Notes: generated by a model from the letters alone, not told the origin. A stretch of DNA of 62,731 nucleotides from Deltaproteobacteria bacterium (GCA_041309225.1 JBFYZZ010000078.1:1-62731), one strand, 5' to 3'; shown: positions 18,576 to 28,742, counted from the first letter of the stretch. Made by a program: numbers and translations.

Positions 18576-18860
18576 ATGAAGTACTGGCGTACTCCCCTGG
18601 ACCTGGACCACATCACGGTCCCCCGCGGCGAGGTCCACATCCTCGTCGAACGCTGCAAGGGGTGCGGCTTTTGCGTCGAGTACTGCCCCAAGGGGGTGCT
18701 GGCCATCTCCGAGGCGTTCAACCACAAGGGCTACCACCCCCCCGAGGTGGTGAAGCCCGAGGAGTGCGTGAACTGCAACCTGTGCGAGATGATCTGCCCG
18801 GACTTCGCGATCTACTCGGTGGCCCTCCCCCCGGCGCCGGCCACCGTCACGTTCCGGTAG
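18576..18860 (+). CDS. korD: 2-oxoacid:ferredoxin oxidoreductase delta subunit (2x[4Fe-4S] ferredoxin-like)
   Basis: ORF 18576..18860. Motifs CKGCGFCVEYCP and CVNCNLCEMICP. Sits directly upstream of the alpha, beta and gamma subunits (D-A-B-G/C order, as in oorDABC-type operons). Confidence 0.85.
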   Translation: MKYWRTPLDLDHITVPRGEVHILVERCKGCGFCVEYCPKGVLAISEAFNHKGYHPPEVVKPEECVNCNLCEMICPDFAIYSVALPPAPATVTFR

Positions 18861-18901
18861 CTGGGCCGCGCCGCCACGGCCGGCCCCGAGGAGGATGGTT
18901 C

Positions 18902-20059
18902 GTGTCCGCTGATCCTGCAGGAGTGCTCACCGGCGTCCACTACCTGGACGGCGACTTCGCCTGCGGCGAGGGCGCGATGGCTGCGGGGTGCCGGTTCGTG
19001 GCCGGCTACCCGATCACCCCGTCCACCGAGGTCGTGGAGCGCATCGGACGCCGATTCCCCATGATGGGGGGCGTCTTCATCCAGATGGAGGACGAGCTCG
19101 CCAGCATGGCGGCCATCGTCGGGGCGTCCTGGACCGGCACCAAGACGATGACGGTGACCAGCGGGCCGGGGTTCAGCCTGATGATGGAGAACATCGGCCT
19201 CGCCGCCATGATGGAGGCGCCCTGCGTCGTCGTGAACGTGCAGCGGGGCGGGCCCTCCACGGGCCTGCCCACCATGGTCGGCCAGGCCGACATGATGCAG
19301 GCACGCTGGGGATCCCACGGCGACTACCCCATCATCGCGCTCTGCCCGCAGTCCCCGCAGGAGGCCTTCGACCTCACGGTCGAAGCCTTCAACCTCGCTG
19401 AGACCTGGCGCACCCCGGTGCTCCTGCTCATGGACGAGTGCGTGGGCCACATGACCGAGAAGGTGGTCATCCCGCCCGCCGAGCGGATCCACGTGGTCAA
19501 GCGCAAGCTGACCGACAAAAAGCCCGAGGAGTACCGTCCCTTCGACGTGGGCGACGGCTGGGTGCCCGAGTTCGCGCGGGCGGGCGACGGGTACCGGTTC
19601 CACGTCACGGGCCTCACCCACGACGAGCGCGGGTACCCGAGCATGACCGTCGAGTGCCAGGCCACGGCGATCCGGCGGCTCGTGGACAAGATCCGGCGCA
19701 ATGCGGACCGCATCGTCCGGTTCGAGGAGGATGGCGTCGACGACGCCGACGTGGTCGTGGTCGCCTACGGCATCACAGCCCGCGTCGCGCGGATGGCGAT
19801 CGAGATGGCGCGGGCGCAGGGGGCCAGGGTCGGCTTCCTGCGCCTCGTCGTGGCGTGGCCGTTCCCGGAGGCGCGGATCCGGGAGCTGGCCGGCCGGGTC
19901 CGTGCCTTCGTGGTGCCCGAGATCAACCTCGGGCAGATGGCCCTCGAGGTCGAACGCTGCGCGGCCGGACAGGCGCGCACGTCGTGCGTCTCCCACGCCG
20001 GCGGCGGCGTGCACGACCCCGAGGAGATCTGCCGCGCGATCCTGGAGGCCGTCCGATGA
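18902..20059 (+). CDS. korA: 2-oxoacid:ferredoxin oxidoreductase alpha subunit
   Basis: Part of ORF 18662..20059. GTG 18902 follows GAGGAGGA. Motifs GEGAMAAGCRFVAGYPITPSTE and TSGPGFSLMMENIG. Confidence 0.85.
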   Translation: MSADPAGVLTGVHYLDGDFACGEGAMAAGCRFVAGYPITPSTEVVERIGRRFPMMGGVFIQMEDELASMAAIVGASWTGTKTMTVTSGPGFSLMMENIGLAAMMEAPCVVVNVQRGGPSTGLPTMVGQADMMQARWGSHGDYPIIALCPQSPQEAFDLTVEAFNLAETWRTPVLLLMDECVGHMTEKVVIPPAERIHVVKRKLTDKKPEEYRPFDVGDGWVPEFARAGDGYRFHVTGLTHDERGYPSMTVECQATAIRRLVDKIRRNADRIVRFEEDGVDDADVVVVAYGITARVARMAIEMARAQGARVGFLRLVVAWPFPEARIRELAGRVRAFVVPEINLGQMALEVERCAAGQARTSCVSHAGGGVHDPEEICRAILEAVR

Positions 20060-20946
20060 GCCCCGCTTCCGAGCAGCGTCCCGGCGAGGAGCAGCATCCC
20101 ATCACGCCCTACATCCGCATGGACCGGATGCCCCACATCTGGTGCCCCACCTGCGGCATCGGGACCGTCGTGAAGTGCTACGTCCAGGCGCTCCTCGAGG
20201 AGGAGATCGACCTCGACAAGGTGGCGGTCGTGTCGGGCATCGGCTGCACCGGCCGCGTGGCCGGCTACGTCAAGCTCGACTCCTTCCACTCCACGCACGG
20301 CCGCGCCATCCCCTTCGCCACGGGCCTCAAGCTCTGCCGGCCCGAGCTGCTGGTCACCGTGTTCTCGGGGGACGGCGACCTGGTCGGCATCGGCGGCAAC
20401 CACTTCATCCACGCCGCCCGCCGCAACCAGGATCTCCTCGTCATCCTGGTCAACAACTTCATCTATGGCATGACCGGCGGGCAGAACGCACCCACCACCC
20501 CGCTTGGAGCGAAGTCGTCGACCATGTCGTTCGGCAACTTCGAGCGTCCTTTCAGTCTGCCGCACCTCGCGGCGTCGTGCGGGGCCACCTACGTCGCCCG
20601 GTGGACGTCCCTCCACATCCGGCGCCTCACCCGGTCCTTCCGGGAGGCCAGCCGGCGCAGGGGCTTCCGGTTCATCGAGGTCATCGCGCCCTGCTCCACC
20701 CTGTACGCTCGCCTGAACAAGCTGGGCACGGGCTACGACCTCATGAAGTTCTACCACGACTACGCCGAGATTCGGAACGGGGCGGACACCCGGGAGCTGG
20801 ACATCGAGTTCCAGTCCCGGATCGTGTGCGGCAAGTTCGTCGACGTGGAGAAGCCCACCTACCAGCAGGCCATGGACGCCCACTACCGCAAGGCCCTGGG
20901 GTCCAGCTACGTGCCCATGAAGCCGGAGGGAGGGTGGCTGCCATGA
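20056..20946 (+). CDS. korB: 2-oxoacid:ferredoxin oxidoreductase beta subunit (TPP/[4Fe-4S])
   Basis: Part of ORF 19438..20946. ATGA overlap with the korA stop. Motifs WCPTCGIG, GIGCTGR and GDGDLVGIGGNHFIHAARRN (TPP-binding GDG). Confidence 0.85.
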   Translation: MSPASEQRPGEEQHPITPYIRMDRMPHIWCPTCGIGTVVKCYVQALLEEEIDLDKVAVVSGIGCTGRVAGYVKLDSFHSTHGRAIPFATGLKLCRPELLVTVFSGDGDLVGIGGNHFIHAARRNQDLLVILVNNFIYGMTGGQNAPTTPLGAKSSTMSFGNFERPFSLPHLAASCGATYVARWTSLHIRRLTRSFREASRRRGFRFIEVIAPCSTLYARLNKLGTGYDLMKFYHDYAEIRNGADTRELDIEFQSRIVCGKFVDVEKPTYQQAMDAHYRKALGSSYVPMKPEGGWLP

Positions 20947-21530
20947 ACCGGACCGAGATCCGCATCACGGGGTTCGGCGGCCAGGGCGTCGTCCTGTGCG
21001 GCTACGTCATCGGCCGTGCATGCGCCATCCAGGCGGGCCAGCACGCCACCATGATCCAGTCCTTCGGGCCCGAGGCCCGGGGCTCGTCGTGCAGCGCCAC
21101 CCTGGTCGTCTCCGACCAGCCCGTGCTGTACCCCTACATCCGCCACCCGGACATCTTCGTCGTGATGTCCAACGACGGCTACGAGAAGTACGCCTCCGAG
21201 CTCAAGGACGACGCGGTGATCGTGTACGAGCGGGATCTGGTCCACCCGGAGCCCCGGCCCGGCCAGCGGGCCTACGGCGTGCCCTCCACCCGCATCGCCG
21301 AGAAGCTGGGGCGGGCCCTCATCCAGAACATCGTGATGCTCGGCTTCTTCGGTGCCGTGACGCGCATCGTGCCCCGGGACGAGATGCGGGAGGCGGTCCG
21401 GAATTCGGTGCCCGCCGGCACCGAGGCGCTCAACCTGAAGGCGTTCGACGCCGGATGGGCCTGGTTCGACGAGCAATACGGCGCCGACGGGGCTCCAGCC
21501 GGTGCGGCGCGTTCCGCGACCACGGGGTGA
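20943..21530 (+). CDS. korG: 2-oxoacid:ferredoxin oxidoreductase gamma subunit
   Basis: Part of ORF 19701..21530. ATGA overlap with korB. N-terminus IRITGFGGQGVVLCG is typical of gamma subunits. Confidence 0.85.
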   Translation: MNRTEIRITGFGGQGVVLCGYVIGRACAIQAGQHATMIQSFGPEARGSSCSATLVVSDQPVLYPYIRHPDIFVVMSNDGYEKYASELKDDAVIVYERDLVHPEPRPGQRAYGVPSTRIAEKLGRALIQNIVMLGFFGAVTRIVPRDEMREAVRNSVPAGTEALNLKAFDAGWAWFDEQYGADGAPAGAARSATTG

Positions 21531-21533
21531 GCC

Positions 21534-24500
21534 ATGACCACCGACGCTGCCCCTCCCCGCCGCGCCCTGGTGATCGGAGGCGGGATCGCGGGGATCCAGG
21601 CCGCCCTCGACCTCGCGAGCGCCCGGGTGCGCGTCACCCTGGTGGAGACGTCGCCGTCGCTGGGCGGGCGGATGGCCCAGCTGGACAAGACCTTCCCCAC
21701 CATGGACTGTGCGATATGAATCCTCGGCCCTAAGGCCATGGATGCCGGTCGGCATCCCCTCATCGACGTCGTCACCCACGCAGAGGTCGTCGCCTGCAGC
21801 GGCGAGCCGGGGGCGTTCCGGGTCCGGGTCCGGAAGCGGCCGCGCTACGTCCGGGAGGATCGCTGCGTGGCCTGCGGGCTCTGCGTGGTTGCGTGCCCGC
21901 AGGTGGGCGGCAACGAGTTCGACATGGGGATCAAGGCCCGGAAGGCCATCTACCGGCCGTTCCCGCAGTCCGTGCCCGCGACCTACGTGGTGGACCCGGA
22001 CGCCTGCCTCAACTTCCTCAACTTCCTGACCCCTCGCCAGCGCGATCGCCTCGAGCGCATCCGCTCGATCAAGGCCCGGAAGGACCCGGCGTACCGCACC
22101 GACTTCCTGGCCTGCGGCCACTGCTTGGCGGCCTGCGAGGTCCAGGCCATCGACTTCGACATGGCCCCCGAGGAGTTCGACCTCGACGTGGGCGCGATCC
22201 TCGTCGCCACGGGGTTCCAGGAGTTCGACGCCCGGGCGCTGCGCACCTACGGCTACGGCCGCCTGCCCAACGTGGTGACCAGCCTCGAGCTCGAGCGGAT
22301 GCTCAACGCCTCGGGCGTCACCCAGGGCCACGTGATCCGGCCCAGCGACGCCCGCACGCCCCGCCGGATGGTCTTCGTGCAGTGCGTGGGCGCCCGGGGC
22401 GAGGGGGGTCGTCCCTACTGCAGCCGGTTCTGCTGCATGAACGCCGTGAAGGACTCCCTTCTCGTGCGCCAGCACGATCCGGGGGTGGAGGAGGTCACCA
22501 TCCTCTACACGGACATGCGCGCCTTCGGGAAGGGGTTCGACGACTTCGTCGAGCGCGCCCGCCGCGAGCGGAGCGCCCGCTTCATCCGGGGCCGGCCGGC
22601 CACGATCCGCCACGACCCCACCGACGACACGCTCGAGGTCTTCGTGGAGGACACCCTCGCCCACGAGCCGATGCGGATCCGGGCCGATCTCGTGGTCCTC
22701 TCGGTGGCGGCGGCCCCCAACGAGGGCGCCGTGGAGCTGGCTCGGATGCTCGGGATCGAGACCGACGTCTACGGCTTCATCGCCCGCCTGGACCCCGCCG
22801 TCTCGGCGGTGGAGACCCGCCGCGAGGGGGTGTTCGTGGCCGGCAGCGCGGTCGGGCCGCAGGTCATCCCCGACTGCGTGGCCCAGGCCTCCGCCGCCGC
22901 CGCACGGGCCGCACGCTTCCTGGCCGCCGAGCGGGTCGAGGAGGACCGGACGCCCCCGCCTCCCCTGGATCTCTCGGGCCCTCCCCGCATCGGCGTCCTG
23001 GTCTGCCACTGCGGGGTCAACATCGCGGGCGTCCTCGACGTGAAGGCCCTGGCCGCCCATGCGGCTGCCCAGCCCGGGGTCGTGGTGGCGGTGGACGACG
23101 CCTTCGCCTGCTCCTCCACCGGCCAGGAGACGCTCGCAGCGCTCGTGGCCGAGCACCGGCTCAACCGCGTGGTGGTGGCGGCGTGCACGCCCCGCACCCA
23201 CGAGCCCGTCTTCCGGGAGACCTGCGCCCGGCTGGGCTTCAACCCCTACCTCCTGGAGATGGTCAACATCCGCGACCAGTGCTCCTGGGTCCACGCCGGC
23301 CACCCGGCCGAGGCCCAGGAGAAGGCCCGGGCGCTGCTCCGGATGGGCATCGCCCGCGCGCGCCACCTCGAGCCCCTCGAGCAGGGGCGGGCGCCGGTCA
23401 CGCGCCATGCGCTCGTCGTCGGCGGGGGCATCGCGGGCATCCAGGCGGCCACCGACCTCGCGGAGCAGGGCTTCCCGGTCACGCTCGTGGAAGCGGCCTC
23501 CCGGCTGGGCGGCCGACTCGCCGCCCCCCACCTGTGGCGGCTCTACCCCAACGACCGGGCGGCCTCCGAGGTCCTCGCCCGCAAGGTGGAGCGCCTCCAC
23601 GCGAGCGGGGCCCGGGTGCTCACCGGTACCGAAGTCACGGGGATCACGGGCTTCGTCGGCTCGTTCCAGGCCACGCTCCGGGGCGCGGAGGACGAGATCC
23701 TGCCCGTGGGGGTGGTCATCCTGGCCTTCGGGGCCGACCTCGCCGACCCCGGTGGAGCGTACGGCCACGGCCGGCTCCCCAACGTGATCACCAGCGAGGA
23801 CCTCGAGCGCGCGTTCCACGAGGGGGGGCCGCGCATCGACGGGGCCCTGCCCCGGAGCGCGGCCTTCGTGCTCTGCGTCGGCTCCCGGGAGGAGCACGGC
23901 TTCACCGGGTGCTCCCGGTACTGCTGTCCCACAGCCGTGAAGCAGGCCCTCGCGCTGGCCCGCCAGGGCGTGGACTGCACGGTGTTCTACCGAGACATCC
24001 GCACGGTCTCGTGGGGCACCGAAGAGATGTACCGCGAGGCCCGCGGCGCCGGCGTGCTGTTCGTGCGCATCCCGCCCGGCGAGCGTCCGCGGGTGCTGGG
24101 CGAAACCCGCGCCGAGCGGGTCCGCTGCCGCGACGACCTCCTGGGCCGGGAGATCGAGGTGCCGGCGGACCTCGTGGTGTTGAGCGTGGGGATGCGACCG
24201 CGCCAACCCGAGACCGCCCACTTCCACGACATCCTCAAGGTGAGCGTGGGCCTCGACGGGTTCTTCCTGGAGCGCCACCCGGAGCTGGCCCCGGTGGAGA
24301 CCGCCGTCGAGGGCGTCTTCCTGGCGGGCACCGTGCAGGGGCCGAAGGACCTCGTGGACACCGTGGCCCAGGCATCCGCCGCCGCGGCCAAGGCCTCCGT
24401 GCTGCTCGCCCACGACCAGATCCGGCTCGATCCGGCGGTGGCCGTGGTGGATCCCCTGAAGTGCCGCGGCTGCGGCCAGTGCGTCGAGATCTGCAGGTTC

Positions 24501-24683
24501 CAGGCCCCCTCCCTCAAGGAGATCGAGCCGGGCGCCTGGATCGCGGAGGTGAACGCCTCCCTGTGCAAGGGCTGCGGCACCTGCGCCTCGTGGTGCCCCT
24601 CCGGCGCCATCTCGGCCCGGCACTTCACGGAGCGCCAGATCGTCTCCATGGTGGACGCCCTCTTCGCGGAGGGATCGCGATGA
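21534..24683 (+). CDS. hdrA: HdrA-like flavoprotein, tandem two-unit form, selenocysteine-containing (UGA 21717..21719 recoded)
   Basis: ORFs 21534..21719 and 21738..24683 are in the same frame, separated only by TGA plus 6 sense codons. Read-through gives [22 protein letters not shown], colinear with FPTLDCAACILTPKMV in the Cys paralogues at 42824 and 48393. Two FAD Rossmann motifs ([32 protein letters not shown]). Internal HdrA N-domain Cys set ([10 protein letters not shown] / FACSSTG / VAACTP). Ferredoxin-type Cys clusters, including C-terminal [11 protein letters not shown] and [12 protein letters not shown]. Confidence 0.8.
21740..21757 (+). promoter_or_regulatory. SECIS-like hairpin (7-bp stem GGAUGCC/GGCAUCC, GGUC loop) downstream of UGA 21717
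   Basis: Perfect inverted repeat ggatgcc-ggtc-ggcatcc read directly. The loop starts 30 nt after the U of UGA. The identical element follows the second in-frame UGA at 26895. Confidence 0.5.
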
Positions 24684-25111
24684 CCGCCCCCGCCGCCACC
24701 TGGAACCCGCGCATCGTCGTCTTCGCCTGCAACTGGTGCTCCTACGCCGGTGCCGACACCGCGGGGGTCTCGCGCGTCCAGCACCAGCCCCACTTCCGGA
24801 TCATCCGGGTGATGTGCTCGGGCCGCATCCAGCCCTCCTTCGTGCTCCGTGCCTTCGAGAAGGGCGCCGACGGCGTCCTGGTGTCCGGGTGCCACATCGG
24901 CGACTGCCACTACCTGTTCGGGAACGAACGGGCGGTGGAGCAGTTCGAGAAGACCCGCGCCGTGACGCGCGTGCTCGGGCTGGAGGACGACCGGCTGCGC
25001 CTGGAGTGGATCTCCGCCGCCGAGGGCGCCCGGTTCGCCCAGGTCATCGACGAGTTCACCGACCGCGTGCGGGCCCTGGGCCCCAGCCCCCTGGCCGCGG
25101 AGGCTCCATGA
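24680..25111 (+). CDS. mvhD: MvhD-like [2Fe-2S] electron-transfer subunit
   Basis: Part of ORF 21893..25111. ATGA overlap with the hdrA stop. Motifs [29 protein letters not shown] and LEWISAAEG. Confidence 0.85.
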   Translation: MTAPAATWNPRIVVFACNWCSYAGADTAGVSRVQHQPHFRIIRVMCSGRIQPSFVLRAFEKGADGVLVSGCHIGDCHYLFGNERAVEQFEKTRAVTRVLGLEDDRLRLEWISAAEGARFAQVIDEFTDRVRALGPSPLAAEAP

Positions 25112-26280
25112 GCAGCGCCTGCCGCGAGCGCCTCTCTGCCATCGCCGCCCGGACCCGCGCCTGGGCCTGCTACGACTGCGGCAAGTGCACGGCCACCTGC
25201 CCCGTCACCCGGATCGGCGGGTCGCTCTCGCCCCGCCGCACGGTGCTCTCCACCCACCTCCCGCACGCCGACCCGGCCGTCCACTCCGCCGACCTCGCCT
25301 CCTGCCTCACGTGCCGCGCCTGCGACCTCCGGTGCCCGGTCCAGGTGGACTACACGGGCCTCGTCCGGGAGCTGCGCACCCTCGCCCACGAGGAGGGCGC
25401 CGAGCCCGAGTGCCCCCACGGCGGGGCCCTCCAGTCCCTCATGCGGATGATGGCGCGGGGCACCCAGCGCCAGCAGCGCCTCGGCTGGATCGGGAGCGAC
25501 CTCCGCACGGATCCGGCCCGGGGCCACGTGTTCCTCTGGACGGGCTGCACCGTCTACTACGACGCCTTCTTCCCCGAGTATGGCATGCGCACGCTCGACG
25601 GCACCCGCGCCGCCGTCCGCCTGCTCAACGCGCTCGGGGAGGTGCCGGTGGTCTCCCCCGAGGAGGCGTGCTGCGGCCACGACCTCCTCTGGAACGGCGA
25701 TCGGCCGTCGTTCGAGGCGCTCGCCCGCCGCAACGCCGCCCTCCTGCGCGCGAGCGGCGCGAGCGTGGTGGTCGCGCCCTGTGCCGAGTGCGCCCGCACC
25801 CTCCGCCTCGACTATGCGCCGTTCCTGGGCGCGGGCGCTCCGCGGATCCTGCACCTCTCCGAGTACCTCCTCGAGCGGATCGCCGAGCTCCCCCTCACCC
25901 GGCCGGAGGCCGTGCGGGTCACCTACCAGGATCCCTGCCGCCTGGGCCGCCACCTCGGCGTGGTGGACGCCCCGCGTCGCCTGCTCGAAGCCGTGCCGGG
26001 CCTGGAGCGGGTGGAGATGGCCCACCACGGCCGCAACGCCACCTGCTGCGCCGGCGGCACCTGGTCCGCGTGCGACCGGTACGCCAAGAAGCTCCAGGTC
26101 GAACGCCTCAAGGAAGCCCGGGCCACCGGCGCGACGATTCTCGTGACCGCCTGCCCCAAGTGCCAGATCCACTTCCGCTGCGCCCAGAAGGACCCCAACC
26201 TGGGCCAGGACATCGCCATCGAGATGCGGGACGTCGCCCAGGTGCTGGCCGACGCCCTCCGACCCCTGGAGGCTCCATGA
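25108..26280 (+). CDS. HdrC-HdrB fusion (HdrD-like) Fe-S/CCG-domain subunit
   Basis: Part of ORF 24736..26280, with ATGA overlap. N-terminal [12 protein letters not shown] and [12 protein letters not shown] (2x[4Fe-4S]). Cys-rich CCG-type segments follow ([32 protein letters not shown]). Confidence 0.8.
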   Translation: MSSACRERLSAIAARTRAWACYDCGKCTATCPVTRIGGSLSPRRTVLSTHLPHADPAVHSADLASCLTCRACDLRCPVQVDYTGLVRELRTLAHEEGAEPECPHGGALQSLMRMMARGTQRQQRLGWIGSDLRTDPARGHVFLWTGCTVYYDAFFPEYGMRTLDGTRAAVRLLNALGEVPVVSPEEACCGHDLLWNGDRPSFEALARRNAALLRASGASVVVAPCAECARTLRLDYAPFLGAGAPRILHLSEYLLERIAELPLTRPEAVRVTYQDPCRLGRHLGVVDAPRRLLEAVPGLERVEMAHHGRNATCCAGGTWSACDRYAKKLQVERLKEARATGATILVTACPKCQIHFRCAQKDPNLGQDIAIEMRDVAQVLADALRPLEAP

Positions 26281-28739
26281 CCGATCCCGTCCAGAATCCT
26301 CCGAGCGACGAGGAGGTGCGCGTCGGCGTCTTCGTCTGCGACTGCGGCCTCAACATCGCGGGCGCCGTGGACTGCGGCGCCGTGGCGGAGTTCGCCGCCA
26401 CGCTGCCGGACGTGACCACGGTGGTCCGCAACAAGTACACCTGCGCGGATCCGGGCCAGAACGAGATCCGGAACGCGATCCGCCAGCACCACCTCAACCG
26501 GGTGGTGGTGGCTTCCTGCACCCCGCGCCAGCACGAGCCGACGTTCCGGCAGTGCGTGCTCGAGGCCGGCCTCAATCCCTACCTCATGGAGATGGCCAAC
26601 CTCCGCGAGCACTGCGCCTGGGTCCACCCCAACGACCGCGAGGCCGCCACGGCCAAGGCCATGGATCTCGTGGCCAGCGCCGTGGCCAAGGCCCGCTTCC
26701 TCCAGCCCCAGGAGGAGATGGTGGTCCCCGTCACGCGCCGGGCGCTCGTGATCGGCGGCGGGGTCGCCGGGATCGAGGCGGCGCTCGAGCTCGCGGATCA
26801 GGGGCACAAGGTCACGCTGGTCGAGAAGCAGCCCTCGATCGGCGGGATCATGGCCCAGCTCGACAAGACCTACCCCACCATGGACTGTAGCATATGAATC
26901 CTCGGGCCCAAGGCCATGGATGCCGGTCGGCATCCCAACATCGAGCTCCTGACCTTCTCCGAGGTCGACGACGTCTCCGGCTACGTGGGCAACTTCACGG
27001 TCCGGATCCGGAAGAAGGCCCGCTACGTGGACCCCACGGCCTGCAACGCCTGCGGGGAGTGCGCCAAGGTCTGCCCGCAGGTCCGCCCCGACGAGTACCA
27101 GATGGGGCTCTCGGCCCGCAAGGCCATCTACATCCCCTTCCCCCAGGCGGTGCCCTGCGCCTACGTCCTCGACATGGAGAGCTGTCTGGGCAACATCCCC
27201 ATCGCCTGCGGCAAGTGCGCCGACGCCTGTGAGAAGAAGGCCATCGACTACGACGATCGCGACGAGATCGTCACCCGCGAGATCGGCTCGATCATCGTGG
27301 CGGTCGGGGCCGACGTCTACGACCCCACCCAGGACGACGAGTACGGCTACACCCGGTTCCGGAACGTGATCACCTCCATGGAGTTCGAGCGCCTGATCTG
27401 CGCGGGCGGCCCCACCGGCGGGCACTTCGTCCGGCCGAGTGACCGGCGGCGGCCGACGCGGATCGGGTTCGTCCAGTGCGTGGGCTCCCGGAATCCGAGG
27501 CTGAACCGTCCCTGGTGCTCCAACATCTGCTGCATGAACACGGTCAAGGACACCCTGCTCCTCGCCGACCACTACCCCGACACCGAAAACGTGGTGTTCT
27601 ACCAGGATATTCGTTCGTTCGGCAAGGGCTTCGAGGACATGTTCCAGCGCTCCAAGCAGGCGGGCACCCGGTACGTGCGCGGCCTGCCGGGGGAGATCGT
27701 GGAGGACCCGGCCACGGGCAACCTCCACGTCACCGTGGAGAACACCACCGCCGGCCGGATCGAGCGGTACGAACTGGACATGGTCGTGCTCTCGGTGGGC
27801 GTGGAGCCTCCCAGGGACCTCGCGAGGATCTCGGGCCTGCTCACGCTCTCCAAGACGTCCGACGGCTTCTTCATGGAGTCGCATCCCAAGCTCAAGCCGG
27901 TCGACGCGCCCACCCGTGGCGTCTACTTCGCGGGCTTCTGCGAGTCCCCCAAGGACATCAAGGACTCGGTCTGCCAGGCCGGGGCCGCGGCGTCCCGGGC
28001 CGGAGCCCTGCTCAACGCGGGCCGCATCCGGATCGAGGCCATCACCTCCCGGATCGATCCCGCAGCCTGCACGAAGTGCGGCCTGTGCGCCCAGGTCTGC
28101 CCCTACGGGGCGATCCGGTGGCAGAAGGGCGAGGTGGCCACGGTGGTGGAGGCGGCCTGCGCCGGGTGCGGCGCCTGTGGCGCCACCTGCCGATCCGGCG
28201 CCATCACGATGCGGCACTTCACCGACGACCAGCTCCTGGCCCAGGTCCGGGCGGTGCTCGCGCATCGGCCCGAGGACAAGGTGTTCGTGTTCGCCTGCAA
28301 CTGGTGCTCCTACGCGGGCGGGGACATGGCGGGCATCTCCCGCATGGCCTACCCCGCCTCCAACCGCGTGGTGCGGACCATGTGCTCCGCCCGTGTCTCG
28401 GAGGAGATGGTGGTCGAGGCCTTCCGGTGCGGTGCACCCGTGGTGCTCGTCTCGGGCTGTCACTACGCGGACTGCCACTACATCAGCGCCAACCGCCAGA
28501 CCGTGAAGCGGGTGGATCGGCTGTGGGACCGACTCGAGCGGCTGGGCATCCGGCCCGAGCGGCTGCAGCTCGAGTGGATCAGCGCGGCGGAGGGCCAGAA
28601 GTTCGCCGCCGTCATGCGGCGCCTCGAGGATCTCAGGCGCACCGTCACCGCCGAGGAGATCGCCCTCACGCGCGCGGCGCTCGCCGCGCCGGCGAAGCCC
28701 GCGCCGAAGCCCGCCCGGGCCACCGCGCCCCAGGAGTGA
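26277..28739 (+). CDS. hdrA: HdrA-MvhD fusion flavoprotein, selenocysteine-containing (UGA 26895..26897 recoded)
   Basis: The tail of ORF 25185..26897 and ORF 26916..28739 share one frame across the TGA, giving [22 protein letters not shown]. Full HdrA N-domain ([10 protein letters not shown] / YTCADPG / VASCTP). FAD motif [16 protein letters not shown]. Fused C-terminal MvhD module ([38 protein letters not shown]). Confidence 0.8.
26918..26935 (+). promoter_or_regulatory. SECIS-like hairpin (GGAUGCC-GGUC-GGCAUCC) downstream of UGA 26895
   Basis: Same 18-nt element and same spacing as at 21740..21757. Confidence 0.5.
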
Positions 28740-28742
28740 GCC

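Noticed and set aside
21534-21719. Stand-alone 61-aa ORF, with a separate HdrA gene starting at ATG 21738 (and likewise 26916)
   Set aside because: The two pieces are in frame. The 61-aa piece is only half a Rossmann fold. The Met at 21738/26916 aligns with an internal conserved Met (PKAMDAG / PKMV) of the Cys paralogues. Sec read-through explains everything.
20907-24623. 1238-aa antisense ORF opposite hdrA, and similar antisense ORFs at 25923..28787, 28478..31474, 35368..38106, 42719..44662, 45769..48333, 51252..53045 and 54445..56337
   Set aside because: All lie opposite genes with strong family motifs, are Arg/Gly/Asp/His-rich low-complexity, and lack starts with ribosome-binding sites. 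I treat them as GC-driven shadow ORFs.
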